This document shows, piece by piece, positions 10,840-21,325 of a DNA stretch of 64,000 nucleotides. Source of the stretch: a candidate division FCPU426 bacterium (GTDB lineage: Bacteria > Oederibacteriota > PGYV01 > Palsa-1178); contig CAWIXE010000001.1 of assembly GCA_963840035.1 (NCBI GenBank), positions 320,001 through 384,000 on the forward strand. Direction: 5' to 3'. How positions within the stretch are numbered: position 1 is the first letter of the stretch; each line of letters starts with the position of its first letter. Below the pieces are notes generated by a model, which worked only from the letters and a program-made list of their open reading frames with translations, did no database searches and was not told the DNA's origin. Made by a program: the position numbers and the translations under genes.

Positions 10840-11499
10840 ATGAATCTGATAAAAAAGAAAAAAGGCTTTACGCTGCTTGAGCTCATGCTTTCCGTGGCCA
10901 TTTTATCCATAGTCGGCGTCGGTCTGCTCGGCCTTTTCAGGGACGGACTGATGATGTGGAACATGGGCACTGCCAGGCTCTCCCTTACAGCCGAGGCCAG
11001 GGTGGCCATGATGGCGGTAAGGAAAATGATACAGCAGTGCCAGGGCGCCACCATATCCATATCCCGTTTTAACAGCAGCCAGCCTGCCAACAGTTACATC
11101 TCGGCAGTGCTTATGGAGTCCGTGTTTATCGAAACCGTGCAGACCCGCTGCGGCTGCGGCGGAGCCACAGATCCCATCACCGTAGGCGCCACAGGCGCGC
11201 CGGTTGAACTTTTTCAGAAAGGCACCAACCTTTTAAGCGTTTTTCCCGTTGTCGCGCCCGGTACTGACTGGACGGATAAGGCGGAGGTTACCGCAAACAC
11301 GACATATAAGACGCTTACCATATCGGCAAACGTAGAGTCCATCATGTTCTCCTTCCTTGACTCTAAAAAAGGCAACGTCGTCGTGGTCGGCGCCAGGTTC
11401 TCAAAAAAGGCCTGGCAGAACAGGCCTCCTGTTAGCGTATATATTAAAGAATCCGTCATAGTAAAACATATGCATTCAGCCGGATATTACTACAATTAG
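10840..11499 (+). CDS. Minor pilin (PilW/GspJ-like)
   Basis: KKKKG|FTLLELMLSVAILSIV prepilin motif. Confidence 0.85.
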   Translation: MNLIKKKKGFTLLELMLSVAILSIVGVGLLGLFRDGLMMWNMGTARLSLTAEARVAMMAVRKMIQQCQGATISISRFNSSQPANSYISAVLMESVFIETVQTRCGCGGATDPITVGATGAPVELFQKGTNLLSVFPVVAPGTDWTDKAEVTANTTYKTLTISANVESIMFSFLDSKKGNVVVVGARFSKKAWQNRPPVSVYIKESVIVKHMHSAGYYYN

Positions 11500-11509
11500 A
11501 GTTTGGCTC

Positions 11510-13177
11510 ATGAGAGGCAGAAAAATGAATAAAAAAAAGGTAAAGAAACAAAAAAACATATTAAGAAAACTAAAAAAAACAAAAGGACAGTCCCTGCCCG
11601 TCATACTGGTGCTTGCCTCGCTTTTGGGCATTCTCGCTACAGCACTGTTAAACCTGCTGGTTTATGAGTCAAAATTCATGGTCAAATCCAGCTGCATCAC
11701 GCAAAAACAGGAGCTAGCTACGCTGGCCCTGGAGCATGTCATGTACAAACTCCAGCAGGAGGATCTGTGGACAAATCCGCCTGCCACTTTTTACGGTTAC
11801 ACCCATGAGTTTACATCCGACCTCGGCAATTACGCGGTCCATGTGACCCCGGGAAACTTGTTTTTTACCACCCTTACAGACCCGTCCACAAGGCAGGCTA
11901 AAACCGAGTTTAAAACCATAGGTATAAAGGTCAAGACATCCACCTTAAACTGCACCGGCGCCTATTATGCCGTTATCCAGCGCATGTCCTTTGGCGGCCC
12001 TCTTGTGTCCAAGGGCAAGATAGCTCTTCCATGCACTACGGCAAAAGCGGACGACCCTAATTTTTACTGGGGCGATATTTTCTCCGCGAATACAAATACA
12101 GGCTACTGCAGGATTCCCCTTGTAAACGTCACCAAACAGGTGGCCGGCTACCGCGCGCAGTGGCTGCCTAAAGTTTATTCAAATAACGACATCTTCACCA
12201 CCGTGGGTTACGGCACAGGCAGGACCGGCACATACATTTTTGCCACCACTTATGACGACATGAGCCCGACCGCGCACTGCCACCCTTACTCGGAATTCGC
12301 GCAGGCACCTGAAGTGGATTATGATTCATACAGGATGCAGGCAAAACTGCAGGGTTCCTATTACGGGCCCCCGACTATCCCCGGCATTGGCGCGAATCCG
12401 TACTACATAAACGACGGTCTTCACGACGTTGTCACTGCCGGCACCATGACAAATGACGTAACTCAGGCAAATGTCGTGAACATCATGGGAAAACTGCGCA
12501 ATATCGCCTCAGTACTCTTCATAGACACCACAGACGGCCTGCCTGTAAGGACAACGCCATGCAACACATACGCAGGCAGCGTCAACATAACCGCGAACTA
12601 CGCCACTGATAAAGCACTGCGTTTCTATGTCAGCGACACAAACCAGTATATGACAGCAGGGACCCTTGTTGTTCAGGGGCCGCTCATGCTTATCGGCGAC
12701 AGGCCTGATAAAATAGCGGCGCCGGGCGGTTTTATCTGGGGCTACGGCTTCGGGTCAGGCACCACAGCGGACGATATCTGGAACGTAAAGCACCCTGATA
12801 ATAATTACTACCCTCAAAATAACGACGGAGCCCATTATGTCAGGAACTTTGCGGACGACTCCCTTTCACGCCTTGAAAATGTCAAACACTACGGCACCAT
12901 ATATATGGGCGGCGAACTGCGCATAGGCGGCCCGCGCACAGCCGGCGCTCCTGTTTCCAACGTGTGTATCTACGGCGCCATTTACCTGGATCCTCTTGGA
13001 AAACTCAGCATGGAAGGCGAAACAGCCACCACATATGACAATTCCCTTCTTTATGTTTACTATAACAGGGATTTTAATTCTTTCGGCATGCAGGGCGGCT
13101 CGGTTGAAGTGGTCTCTTTCAGCGAATTTACTTTCCTTATACCCACTCCGAACCCGGTTTATCCCGCTTCCTTCTGA
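11510..13177 (+). CDS. PilX/GspK-like minor pilin
   Basis: Basic leader then KG|QSLPVILVLASLL (no Glu5, typical of PilX/GspK); follows PilV/PilW-like genes. Confidence 0.7.
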   Translation: MRGRKMNKKKVKKQKNILRKLKKTKGQSLPVILVLASLLGILATALLNLLVYESKFMVKSSCITQKQELATLALEHVMYKLQQEDLWTNPPATFYGYTHEFTSDLGNYAVHVTPGNLFFTTLTDPSTRQAKTEFKTIGIKVKTSTLNCTGAYYAVIQRMSFGGPLVSKGKIALPCTTAKADDPNFYWGDIFSANTNTGYCRIPLVNVTKQVAGYRAQWLPKVYSNNDIFTTVGYGTGRTGTYIFATTYDDMSPTAHCHPYSEFAQAPEVDYDSYRMQAKLQGSYYGPPTIPGIGANPYYINDGLHDVVTAGTMTNDVTQANVVNIMGKLRNIASVLFIDTTDGLPVRTTPCNTYAGSVNITANYATDKALRFYVSDTNQYMTAGTLVVQGPLMLIGDRPDKIAAPGGFIWGYGFGSGTTADDIWNVKHPDNNYYPQNNDGAHYVRNFADDSLSRLENVKHYGTIYMGGELRIGGPRTAGAPVSNVCIYGAIYLDPLGKLSMEGETATTYDNSLLYVYYNRDFNSFGMQGGSVEVVSFSEFTFLIPTPNPVYPASF

Positions 13178-13180
13178 TAA

Positions 13181-14947
13181 ATGGCAGCCATGCTGAATAA
13201 GGCCTTAAAACTTTCGCCGCTTTTTTTTATTCTATCAATGCTTTTCTTTTCATCCAATTTGTATGATTCGTTTCAGCTGGCAAAAACCGCGGCTCTGGCC
13301 CTCGGGCTGGTTTTTTTTCTGATTATTTACCTTATCTCCGGCAGCAAACCCATGTTTTCCTTTTCCCTTGCGGCCGCGTTCCTGCTTTTTTTATGGTTCT
13401 CATTCTCCCTTATTTCTTCGCGCAATAACCCGCCGCTTTTTCAGGGGCTTTTGTTTTTAGCCCCGGCAGCGTTCTTTGTTTTTTACCTGAAACCTCCCCA
13501 TATCCGCAGTCTCCTGCTTGCCTTAAACCTGACGGCCCTCACAGCCATGGCATACGGCCTGTGGCAGTTTTCCTTTGGAGGGCAGTCAAGGCCGTACTCG
13601 TTTTTCGGCAACCCTATTTTTTTCGCCGAATTCTGCGCCGGGCTGCTCCCTTTCATGCTTGCCGGCCTGATAATACCCGGCAGGCACAGGATTTTTTCGC
13701 TTGTGAATGTTGTCCTTTTTCCGGCGGTGCTCATCGTGTGCTCTTCAAGGGGCGCAGCCATTTCCTCTGCGGTATCGTTGGCGGTGTTCATATACTATTA
13801 CGCGCGTTCGGGATATAAGAACGGCCCAGGCTTAAAAACAGCCGGTATTATTCTGGCCTCTTTTCTTGCCGTCGCAATTTTACTGCCTGGGTTTTCCTCT
13901 TCCCTGCAGTCAGCCGTATCCAGGGCAAAATTTCTCATCTCCTCCTCAAACCCGGAAATTAAGAACAGGATATTGATGGTAAAAACAGCCGCTGAAATTT
14001 TTAAAACATCCCCTGCCGCGGGCGCCGGCGCGGGCGCGGTCAGGCTGCTGCATCCGGCCATGCAGGCAAAGGAAATAAAGAACAACCCCGGATTTGATTA
14101 TGTCAGCACTTCCTACTCCCACAACGACTACGCCCAGCTCCTGGCTGAGACAGGCGCCGTGGGGCTGCTGCTATACCTTGCCTTTATATTCTCCGTAATG
14201 GCAGGCGCTGAAAAAGCGGCGCCGTACATGGATAAGGACAGCCTTATTATTTCCTCCGCGGGCGCGTGCTCCATTCTTTTTTTCATGTGTGAATCATTTT
14301 TCAATTTTCCCCTTTTTTCCATGCCCTCCGCGCTGCTGCTTTTCGCCGTCTGCGGCATTACGGCCTCCATCACCCTAAAGTTCACTGAAAAAATCATAAT
14401 ACTGCCCCGCGCTGTAACTGCCGCGGCTGTTATCGTCATACTGACCATAACCGGTTTTTGCGCTTTCCGCGGAGCGGGCCCTCTTGTGTCAAATTTTTCC
14501 CTTAAATACGCGCAGGCCCTGGACGCGCAGGATAGCCCCTACGCGGATGTTTACTATAAAAAAGCCATAAAGCTTGACCCGTCCGGTTTTTACGCTTATG
14601 CGGCCTTCGCGGATTACCTTGCCAGGTATAAGGCGTTAAACGAGGCCTTTGACATGTACGCGTTGGCCTCAAAAATAATGCCCTATTCCTCCGACATGAT
14701 ATATAATATGGGAAACATGCTTTTTATGCTTAACAGGCCTGAGGATGCCGTTGCGTACTATGAGAAAGCCATATTTTATTTCCCGGCGTTCGCGCAGGCT
14801 CATTACATGATGTACAGGTCGCTGATGGCCCTTAAAAAGGAAAATGAAGCTGTTAAATTCCTGCAGGCCGCCATCAAAGCCGACCCTTCAGTGGTAAAAA
14901 ACTCATTCAAGGGGCAGATAATGTATTTCGGGGAAGTGACAAAATGA
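13181..14947 (+). CDS. O-antigen ligase/O-oligosaccharyltransferase family protein with C-terminal TPRs
   Basis: FFGNPIFFA, SSRGA, GAGAG, SHNDYAQLLAETGAVG; TPR-like C-terminus. Confidence 0.85.
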   Translation: MAAMLNKALKLSPLFFILSMLFFSSNLYDSFQLAKTAALALGLVFFLIIYLISGSKPMFSFSLAAAFLLFLWFSFSLISSRNNPPLFQGLLFLAPAAFFVFYLKPPHIRSLLLALNLTALTAMAYGLWQFSFGGQSRPYSFFGNPIFFAEFCAGLLPFMLAGLIIPGRHRIFSLVNVVLFPAVLIVCSSRGAAISSAVSLAVFIYYYARSGYKNGPGLKTAGIILASFLAVAILLPGFSSSLQSAVSRAKFLISSSNPEIKNRILMVKTAAEIFKTSPAAGAGAGAVRLLHPAMQAKEIKNNPGFDYVSTSYSHNDYAQLLAETGAVGLLLYLAFIFSVMAGAEKAAPYMDKDSLIISSAGACSILFFMCESFFNFPLFSMPSALLLFAVCGITASITLKFTEKIIILPRAVTAAAVIVILTITGFCAFRGAGPLVSNFSLKYAQALDAQDSPYADVYYKKAIKLDPSGFYAYAAFADYLARYKALNEAFDMYALASKIMPYSSDMIYNMGNMLFMLNRPEDAVAYYEKAIFYFPAFAQAHYMMYRSLMALKKENEAVKFLQAAIKADPSVVKNSFKGQIMYFGEVTK

Positions 14948-16428
14948 AGGAAAAAAAAGGAAACACCGGGGTTGAAAAACTTTTTTCATACGCTGAAAAC
15001 TACCCCATAACGCCCGCGGCCTACATGGCTGTGTTTTTATGCATTTCATTCATAAGGAATTTTATGGAAGGAGCCCTTGAAAAATCCCGCTCCATCGGAA
15101 CACACCCCGCGTCCATAGATACGACATTCATGCAGATGGGCGTGCTCTTTAACCTGGAGTGGATAACCCTTCTGGCTGCCATTGCCCTTGCCGTACGCGC
15201 CGCCACAGGCCAAAAAATAGCCGCTGTCATGAAAGTCATTCTTTTTTTCTACGTATGGATTGCAATTGTCCCCTTCTTTGATTTTTTCGCCTATTACCCA
15301 TCCGGCTGCTCCATTGAATATCTTTATACCTTTAAGGACTATCTGAACGCCCTGGCCTTCTTTTTTGTCCCTTTTAAGGACGCGGGCGTATGCGCCGGCA
15401 TCAGATTTGAGGTTTTTGCCGCCTTTATTTTCTGCGCCGCCTATGTTTTTATCAAAACAAGATCGCTGTTAAAATCATCATCCGCGGCGCTGGCGCTTTA
15501 TTTTCTGGCAGTCTCTTCCATGGCTTTCCCGGTTTTCATACTCCTGCCCGCGCTTCCCTTTAACATGCCCAGCAGCGACAGCTTCATAAAGACATTTTTC
15601 TTCGGAGTTTCATACGGCCCGGACTTTTTTGGCAGGGTTTCCCTTATGATTATTTTTCTTCTTGTCCCTGTATTAACGGCGGTTTTATACCTTCACAAAG
15701 GCGCGGCTGAATTTAAAAAAACCATATCTTCGCTTTTTTCGCCTTTTGCCCTGGCTTTCCCCGCGCTTTATCTTGCCGGAGCGCTTCAATATAAAGGCGG
15801 CCTTGAGCTTCCTTTCTTATCCTATCCCTTTGACCCGGCGTACCTTGCGGCAGGCCTGCTCGGCGCCCTGCTTGTCGGGTTTTTTGTGGAATCTTTTTCA
15901 AAACAGGCTGGCGGGTTTTCCGCTTCTTTTATCCCGGCCCTTGCCGGATTCCTGTTCGTTGCGCTTTCATTCAGGGTCTTCCTCGTATATGTTTTTATCA
16001 TGAGCCTTGTTTATCTTTTTTACTCCGCTCCGTTTAAGCTTTCGCGCTTTAAGGGTTTTGAACCCCTGTTTTTTGCCCTGATTTTCCCCTGCGTTTTTTT
16101 ATCAGGCTACGCGTCCGTCGCCGGCGCCTCATTTTTATCGCTGAACCTGCAGCTGGCTGCCTCGATAATTCCACTGTGCCTGTTTGCGTCATTAAAACCA
16201 GGCATACTTCCAAAATCCGCCCACGCTTCGCTTATGATGCTTTCATGCCTGATGATTCCTGTGGCGGCGCGGGTTCCTTCGCTATTTTTCCCGGCAATCG
16301 CCGCGGCCCTGATATCGGCGGCAATAGTCTTCATAAAAATCCCCGACAACCGTAAGAAGACGCTGCTTTATACCTTGCTTTCATTATTTATGGTGATGCT
16401 GGGGGTTTATATTAAGTTTGGTGGGTAG
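14944..16428 (+). CDS. Polytopic membrane protein, C-terminal part resembles degenerate UbiA fold
   Basis: Many TM segments; FYSAPFKLSRF resembles YSxPPxRLK; ATGA overlap with upstream gene. Confidence 0.6.
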   Translation: MKEKKGNTGVEKLFSYAENYPITPAAYMAVFLCISFIRNFMEGALEKSRSIGTHPASIDTTFMQMGVLFNLEWITLLAAIALAVRAATGQKIAAVMKVILFFYVWIAIVPFFDFFAYYPSGCSIEYLYTFKDYLNALAFFFVPFKDAGVCAGIRFEVFAAFIFCAAYVFIKTRSLLKSSSAALALYFLAVSSMAFPVFILLPALPFNMPSSDSFIKTFFFGVSYGPDFFGRVSLMIIFLLVPVLTAVLYLHKGAAEFKKTISSLFSPFALAFPALYLAGALQYKGGLELPFLSYPFDPAYLAAGLLGALLVGFFVESFSKQAGGFSASFIPALAGFLFVALSFRVFLVYVFIMSLVYLFYSAPFKLSRFKGFEPLFFALIFPCVFLSGYASVAGASFLSLNLQLAASIIPLCLFASLKPGILPKSAHASLMMLSCLMIPVAARVPSLFFPAIAAALISAAIVFIKIPDNRKKTLLYTLLSLFMVMLGVYIKFGG

Positions 16429-16444
16429 TGGGTGGTGGCGCTGC

Positions 16445-16644
16445 CGGCGGCGGGAGTGGCTGGTGTTTTTTGATACAGCACAGGCTCAAACTGCTGCTTC
16501 AAGTAAACTCGCGACATTTTCTCCGGCACGTGCGGATACTCTCAAAGTAACCCTCTGAACCTCACGCGTGTTATATTCCCCACTTTTGGATAACCTCGCC
16601 CAATTAAACCCGTATCAAAAAAACAGCAGACGCTCACACCGACG
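16445..16644 (+). repeat. ~200-nt structured repeat element, copy 1
   Basis: Terminal imperfect IRs CGGCGGCGGGAGTGGCTGGTGTTTTTTGATA / TATCAAAAAAACAGCAGACGCTCAC; homologous to 16714 and 27889. Confidence 0.85.
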
Positions 16645-16713
16645 GCTATGGGATGTGGGTTGAAGGTAAGGTCAAAAGTGGACAGGATATGGCAAAAATA
16701 ACCGCAACGCTGC

Positions 16714-16914
16714 CGGCGGCGGGAGTGGCTGGTGTTTTTTTGATATAGCACAGGCTCAAACTACTGCTTCAAAATATCTCCCGCAAATCTCTCCGGCACG
16801 TCCGCACACCCTCAAAGTAACCCTCTGAACCTCACGCGTGTTATATTATCAACTTCCGGATAACCTCGCCCAATTAAACATGTATCAAAAAAACAGCAGA
16901 CGCTCACGCCGCCG
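16714..16914 (+). repeat. ~200-nt structured repeat element, copy 2
   Basis: Near-identical tandem copy of 16445-16644. Confidence 0.85.
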
Positions 16915-17008
16915 TACAATGGGCTATGTGTAATATTTTTCCGGGTTCCAGCGTGCGGGCCGCCACATGGGGCGGCCCCTACATGGTAAGTAATAATTCA
17001 TAAAACAC

Positions 17009-17032
17009 AAAAGCGGGCTTTCGCCCGCTTTT
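17009..17032. terminator. Bidirectional Rho-independent terminator
   Basis: AAAAGCGGGC-TTTC-GCCCGCTTTT between convergent genes. Confidence 0.75.
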
Positions 17033-17115
17033 GTTTGTTTCTATTTTATTCTTTCTTCTGGTTTTATCTTTACTTCTGTCTCTTGTCTCCTGACTCTTGC
17101 CTCCTAAAATTTTCG

Positions 17116-18903
17116 CTAAACGAAAATTTTAGCGCACACCATGTCAGGGTTATTGCCCAGCACCCTTTGTATCACGGCGTCTTCCTTTACTATCTTTTTT
17201 ACCATTTCCCTGCCGGCTTCCGCGCTTCTGTTGGTGTACTTCATGATAGTGTCCCGCACTTCCGTGGGTTCTGACTGCGCCACGTACTGAAGCAGCAGCT
17301 TTACGTTATTCTCTATCGAATAAATGGTAGCGTACCTTAAAAGTATGTTTATGCGCCTTTTTGACATCTTAGGCGGCGGCCCGAGGCCGTTTAAGCAGTT
17401 GAACACAAAGTCCATGTAATTGGCGACCGCGTCGTCGCGCGAAGCCGCGTCGACAAGTTCCGATGATATGACCATGTTCATTTTCTTGTCCTGGCCGGTC
17501 CACTTTACCTGTGCCGTCTTTTCAATTTTTCCGGTATAGTCTCCCATGAACGTGCCTTCATTTATTTCGCCGCGGTAATCAAATATTGCGTCCTTGGCAA
17601 GGTACATGCCGATGGCTTTCATGACCTGAAAATCAATCGGTGAAAATGAAACTTTAGCGCCTTTTTTGCCCGGCTCGCCGGTGACAAAACCCATGATAAA
17701 CCTGTCTTCAAGGAAATCAACGTAATTCCTGATGGGTTCTATTAGGATGGGCGGTATAAGCCAGTTGCCATCCTCATCTTTAGGGAAGGCGTTCGTGTGT
17801 ATGGCAAGAAGTTTTTTAAGCGATTCCATTACCGCGCCCGGCGTGCAGAAATAGGAATCATTCGCGCGCGCAAGATCCGGTATCTGCGAGTTTAAAAGTA
17901 TCCTGGCCCCTGAATAGGGCACCCTGTTTCCTGACTTTTCCGAAGCGCTTACTATGAAGCTGTTGATTATGGATACGTCCCGTTTTATAAGGTCCGTATG
18001 CTCCGATGTAAAGGAATCCACGGCGCTGTTATCCTCGGCCGCGACAGCCGATGAAGCCTTCATTATCTCCAGTTCCTTCTGCTTTATGTCGTCTATCTTT
18101 TCCTTTATCTGGTCCACGCATTCCTGCGACCTGGCGAAAGCCTCGGCGTAAAGCTTTGTGAAGTCCGAGAGCATTTTTGCCATCATGTCGGTCCTTGCCG
18201 CGAGCAGGTCTTTCATTTTCTTTTCCTCGGGCGCAAGCTTGTTTCCCTTGCCGAGTATCCCCAGGTATGTGTTAAGGCCGTCATAATTGAGCTTTAGATT
18301 TTTCAGCTTTATGGCGTCTATCTGGCTTATTTTGTCGAAATATGAACCCAGCGTCCTTATGGTGTTCGCGGCTATCTTTAAACTGTCGTTTTTCTTCCAT
18401 TCAAGCGCGGCTTTGAGTTTCTTCGGGTCAACCTTGTCTTCAAGCTTTTTGGATTTTCTTTTTCCCGAGGTGTCTATGAGCTCTATCTTTCCTTCCGCTA
18501 TGGCTTTCATCTTGTCGGTAACGGAATAAACTATGTTCGCGAACGGGCTGTTTTCCTCTTTTTTCCAGAAATCCGCGAAGAGCTGCGCGTAAACGGCCGG
18601 GTCCATGAGCGTTACCTTATTGCCGTTAAAGTCCACAGTGTCCGCTATGGCGCCGGTGCACATGAAAAGTTCCTGATGTTTGTTCATGGTGTTCATTTTT
18701 TCGTTTATCAGGGCCGTCACAAGGGTGTTGTACGCGTTCCTGAGCTTGTTTACCTTTACCACATCCTCTATCTTGTTTCCATTGTCTGATTTTTCCTTGC
18801 CGAAAAATTCCAGCGCGGTCATCACGCTTTCTCTAACGGCAGGGTCCAGCCCTTCAAAAATGTGATTTATTGCTTCTCCCTCTTTTACCTGCGTTGCTTC
18901 CAT
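17116..18903 (-). CDS. Hypothetical cytoplasmic protein with central coiled coil
   Basis: 595-aa ORF, host-like composition, GAAGGAG RBS; no family recognised. Confidence 0.75.
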   Translation of the reverse strand: MEATQVKEGEAINHIFEGLDPAVRESVMTALEFFGKEKSDNGNKIEDVVKVNKLRNAYNTLVTALINEKMNTMNKHQELFMCTGAIADTVDFNGNKVTLMDPAVYAQLFADFWKKEENSPFANIVYSVTDKMKAIAEGKIELIDTSGKRKSKKLEDKVDPKKLKAALEWKKNDSLKIAANTIRTLGSYFDKISQIDAIKLKNLKLNYDGLNTYLGILGKGNKLAPEEKKMKDLLAARTDMMAKMLSDFTKLYAEAFARSQECVDQIKEKIDDIKQKELEIMKASSAVAAEDNSAVDSFTSEHTDLIKRDVSIINSFIVSASEKSGNRVPYSGARILLNSQIPDLARANDSYFCTPGAVMESLKKLLAIHTNAFPKDEDGNWLIPPILIEPIRNYVDFLEDRFIMGFVTGEPGKKGAKVSFSPIDFQVMKAIGMYLAKDAIFDYRGEINEGTFMGDYTGKIEKTAQVKWTGQDKKMNMVISSELVDAASRDDAVANYMDFVFNCLNGLGPPPKMSKRRINILLRYATIYSIENNVKLLLQYVAQSEPTEVRDTIMKYTNRSAEAGREMVKKIVKEDAVIQRVLGNNPDMVCAKIFV

Positions 18904-18949
18904 TTTTTCTTTCTCCTTCCATTTTATAAGAAAAGAATTTTAGTCTGTA

Positions 18950-19363
18950 TTATTTTTTTGCGCGTCTTTTAGCGAGAACTTCGTTTATTATCGCGGCGAT
19001 TTTCGGGTTGGAAAGAAGTATTTTTTTAAAGTCCTTTTTATAAAGTATGAAAAGTTCCCCGGATTCCACGGTGGTGACTGTCGCGGTCCTTGGAAGGTCG
19101 GTGACAAGCGCCATTTCCCCGAAGAAAGCCCCCTGCCCGAGTTCCGCCACTTTTTTGTTGTTTATTGTTACGGCGAATGCGCCGGCGCCGATCAAGAAAA
19201 ATTTATCGCCAATCTCGCCCTGTTTGATTATGACTTCGCCCTTTTTTGCCATCCTTTTTTTCAGGGATTTTATAAGCGCGTCAAGGTCGGAAATATTCAG
19301 CGAGTAAAAAAAATCGACCTGTTTTAATGAATCCCTTAACATTGACATGTCGTCTAAAGCCAT
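18950..19363 (-). CDS. Stand-alone cyclic-nucleotide-binding domain protein
   Basis: GEVIIKQGEIGDKFFLI..FFGEMALVTDLPRTATV. Confidence 0.9.
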   Translation of the reverse strand: MALDDMSMLRDSLKQVDFFYSLNISDLDALIKSLKKRMAKKGEVIIKQGEIGDKFFLIGAGAFAVTINNKKVAELGQGAFFGEMALVTDLPRTATVTTVESGELFILYKKDFKKILLSNPKIAAIINEVLAKRRAKK

Positions 19364-19916
19364 TGCCGTCACCTCTATGCAGATAGTTTAACCCCGCCGG
19401 TAAGCCGGCGCGCCGCCTTAAATAACCCCCATGGCTAAAACCAGCGGCACGGGTTCTTTTCACGCCAAATTCCTTTTAAAACAACAACAAAATCCATTTT
19501 ATACCTGTTTTTTTACTTTGTCAACGGTGTTTTATAATAGGGAAAGGGGGTAGTAAAACCAAATATAAGTCATAAACCAGGAAGAATCTCAGACCGGATG
19601 TCCGCAAGGATGTGATAATAATCGCTTTATTTGACAACAAATAATAATATCATTATATTTTATTAGGGTTTATTTTGATAATGTCTTGAATCAAGGCACA
19701 GTGTTGGGTTTGTTGGCTTGCGGTGTTCGGCGGGTATAAGAAGAATAATTTTATTCCAATTTTGTAAGTTTTACATGCATTTGCACATTGTGCTTTATTT
19801 ATAAGGGTGTTTTTCTGCCATTGTCTATTGTCAAGGCACGATGTTGTGTTGTTATTAATCGCACTTAATGTGCGAAAAATACTTGATGTTATCTTCATTT
19901 CCGGTTGTTTTCCCGA

Positions 19917-20639
19917 TTAATCAAGATCAAATGGGAATTTTTTAATGGGCACAAATACAATTACAAAAAACGCAAATAACAATCTTAAACTCAATAATAT
20001 TTTTGCATTATTATTGATACAACTTCCAAATATTTCTTCAACATTTGCCAACATAAAAAAAACAAGAAAAACAAAAACCATAATTATTCGAAAAAATATT
20101 TTATAGTTTTTTCTTCTTGAAACTGCTTTATCAAAGTTATCTCTTAGCATTTCAAGCTTTTTCAATTTATTAATTATTCTGTTATTTTCCATTATATGTG
20201 CTTTGCATTTATTTAATACTTCAAAAAAGAAAAAGTTGCTGTTGAATAGACCGCTTATTTGTAAGTTTTCCTTGTCGTTGTTTTTGTATAAAATTTCTAA
20301 ACCATATGAATCAAACATATCCGAAAGCATAATTCCATAAATTTTATTGTATTGAATCTCATTTCGTAAAGTTTTTCCACTAAATAACAACTGTACAATT
20401 GTAAACCTATCCTCTTCCATTTCTATCCATTCCCTTCCAACCCGTCTTAAAAACTTCCCGTCATAAATCATAATTATAATACTTGCCACAGCCATACCGA
20501 ATCCTGACTTATCTCTAACCGCATTATCTATACCAAATATTAATATTTCAAAAACTAATATAAATACAGCAAATAATACCATTAACATTAAATATTTGTA
20601 CCTATATAAATCATACTTGTATTTTTTAATCATACTCAT
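19917..20639 (-). CDS. Putative membrane immunity protein
   Basis: Very AT-rich, ~4 TM segments, abuts stop of RHS C-terminal ORF. Confidence 0.6.
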   Translation of the reverse strand: MSMIKKYKYDLYRYKYLMLMVLFAVFILVFEILIFGIDNAVRDKSGFGMAVASIIIMIYDGKFLRRVGREWIEMEEDRFTIVQLLFSGKTLRNEIQYNKIYGIMLSDMFDSYGLEILYKNNDKENLQISGLFNSNFFFFEVLNKCKAHIMENNRIINKLKKLEMLRDNFDKAVSRRKNYKIFFRIIMVFVFLVFFMLANVEEIFGSCINNNAKILLSLRLLFAFFVIVFVPIKKFPFDLD

Positions 20640-21297
20640 TTACTTTCCTTCTATACATATAGGTTTAATTATAAAATGATTTATTAATGCGATACTAAGC
20701 GGAATTTCTGGTGCAAATAAAGACGTTACAACCATAGCAACTGAAACTGTACATTCATAACTCATTTTATAAAGTGCTTTTTTAGGATCTTTTTCACTTT
20801 CTTGTATATATTTTAAATTTGAATCAAGTGAAATGGCTTCAAATATTCCACCTTCTAATTTAAAAATTCTACTAAGTTTAAGAAAATTCGCTTTTTTAAT
20901 CAAATGTGCGCTTTTTTCAAGTGAGTATGAAATTAATATCGTTCCGAATGAACTTTCCTCAACAAATTCTCGACTATAATTTTCTGTAGCTAATCCTTTA
21001 TCCCCATCTTCGTAATTTTCCTTAACTTTGCTTCCATTTTCTTTACTTTGTTCTTCAAAATCAGCATCTAAATGAGCCTTCATTGCTTTTAGCGCTTCTT
21101 TATAAGCATCACTTCCTGGTTCTAATGTATTTATTCCATATGAGTCTGAATTATATTCCCCAGCAGCAACATTTATATAATAACGCCCATTCTCATCATA
21201 TGCTTCCCCATATTTATCAGTTAATCCTAAAGGATTGTTGTTACAATACTCATAACTATTTATTATATTATTTTCATTCAGCACAGGATCAATTTCT
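20640..21297 (-). pseudogene. Orphan RHS C-terminal (toxin) cassette, truncated at the element end
   Basis: EIDPVLNENNIINSYEYCNNNPLGLTDKYG matches end of the RHS-associated core; cut at 21297 by the IR. Confidence 0.8.
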
Positions 21298-21325
21298 TGT
21301 CCTGCCTGTCAATTATTGTCACTTT

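Noticed and set aside
19390..19470. Known riboswitch or 6S RNA
   Set aside because: No match to c-di-GMP, c-di-AMP, ZTP, fluoride or 6S consensus by eye; kept only as a candidate leader
19653..19898. 81-aa ORF and TCAAGGCAC direct repeats at ~19691 and ~19831
   Set aside because: AT-rich, no motif; repeats too short to call attachment sites
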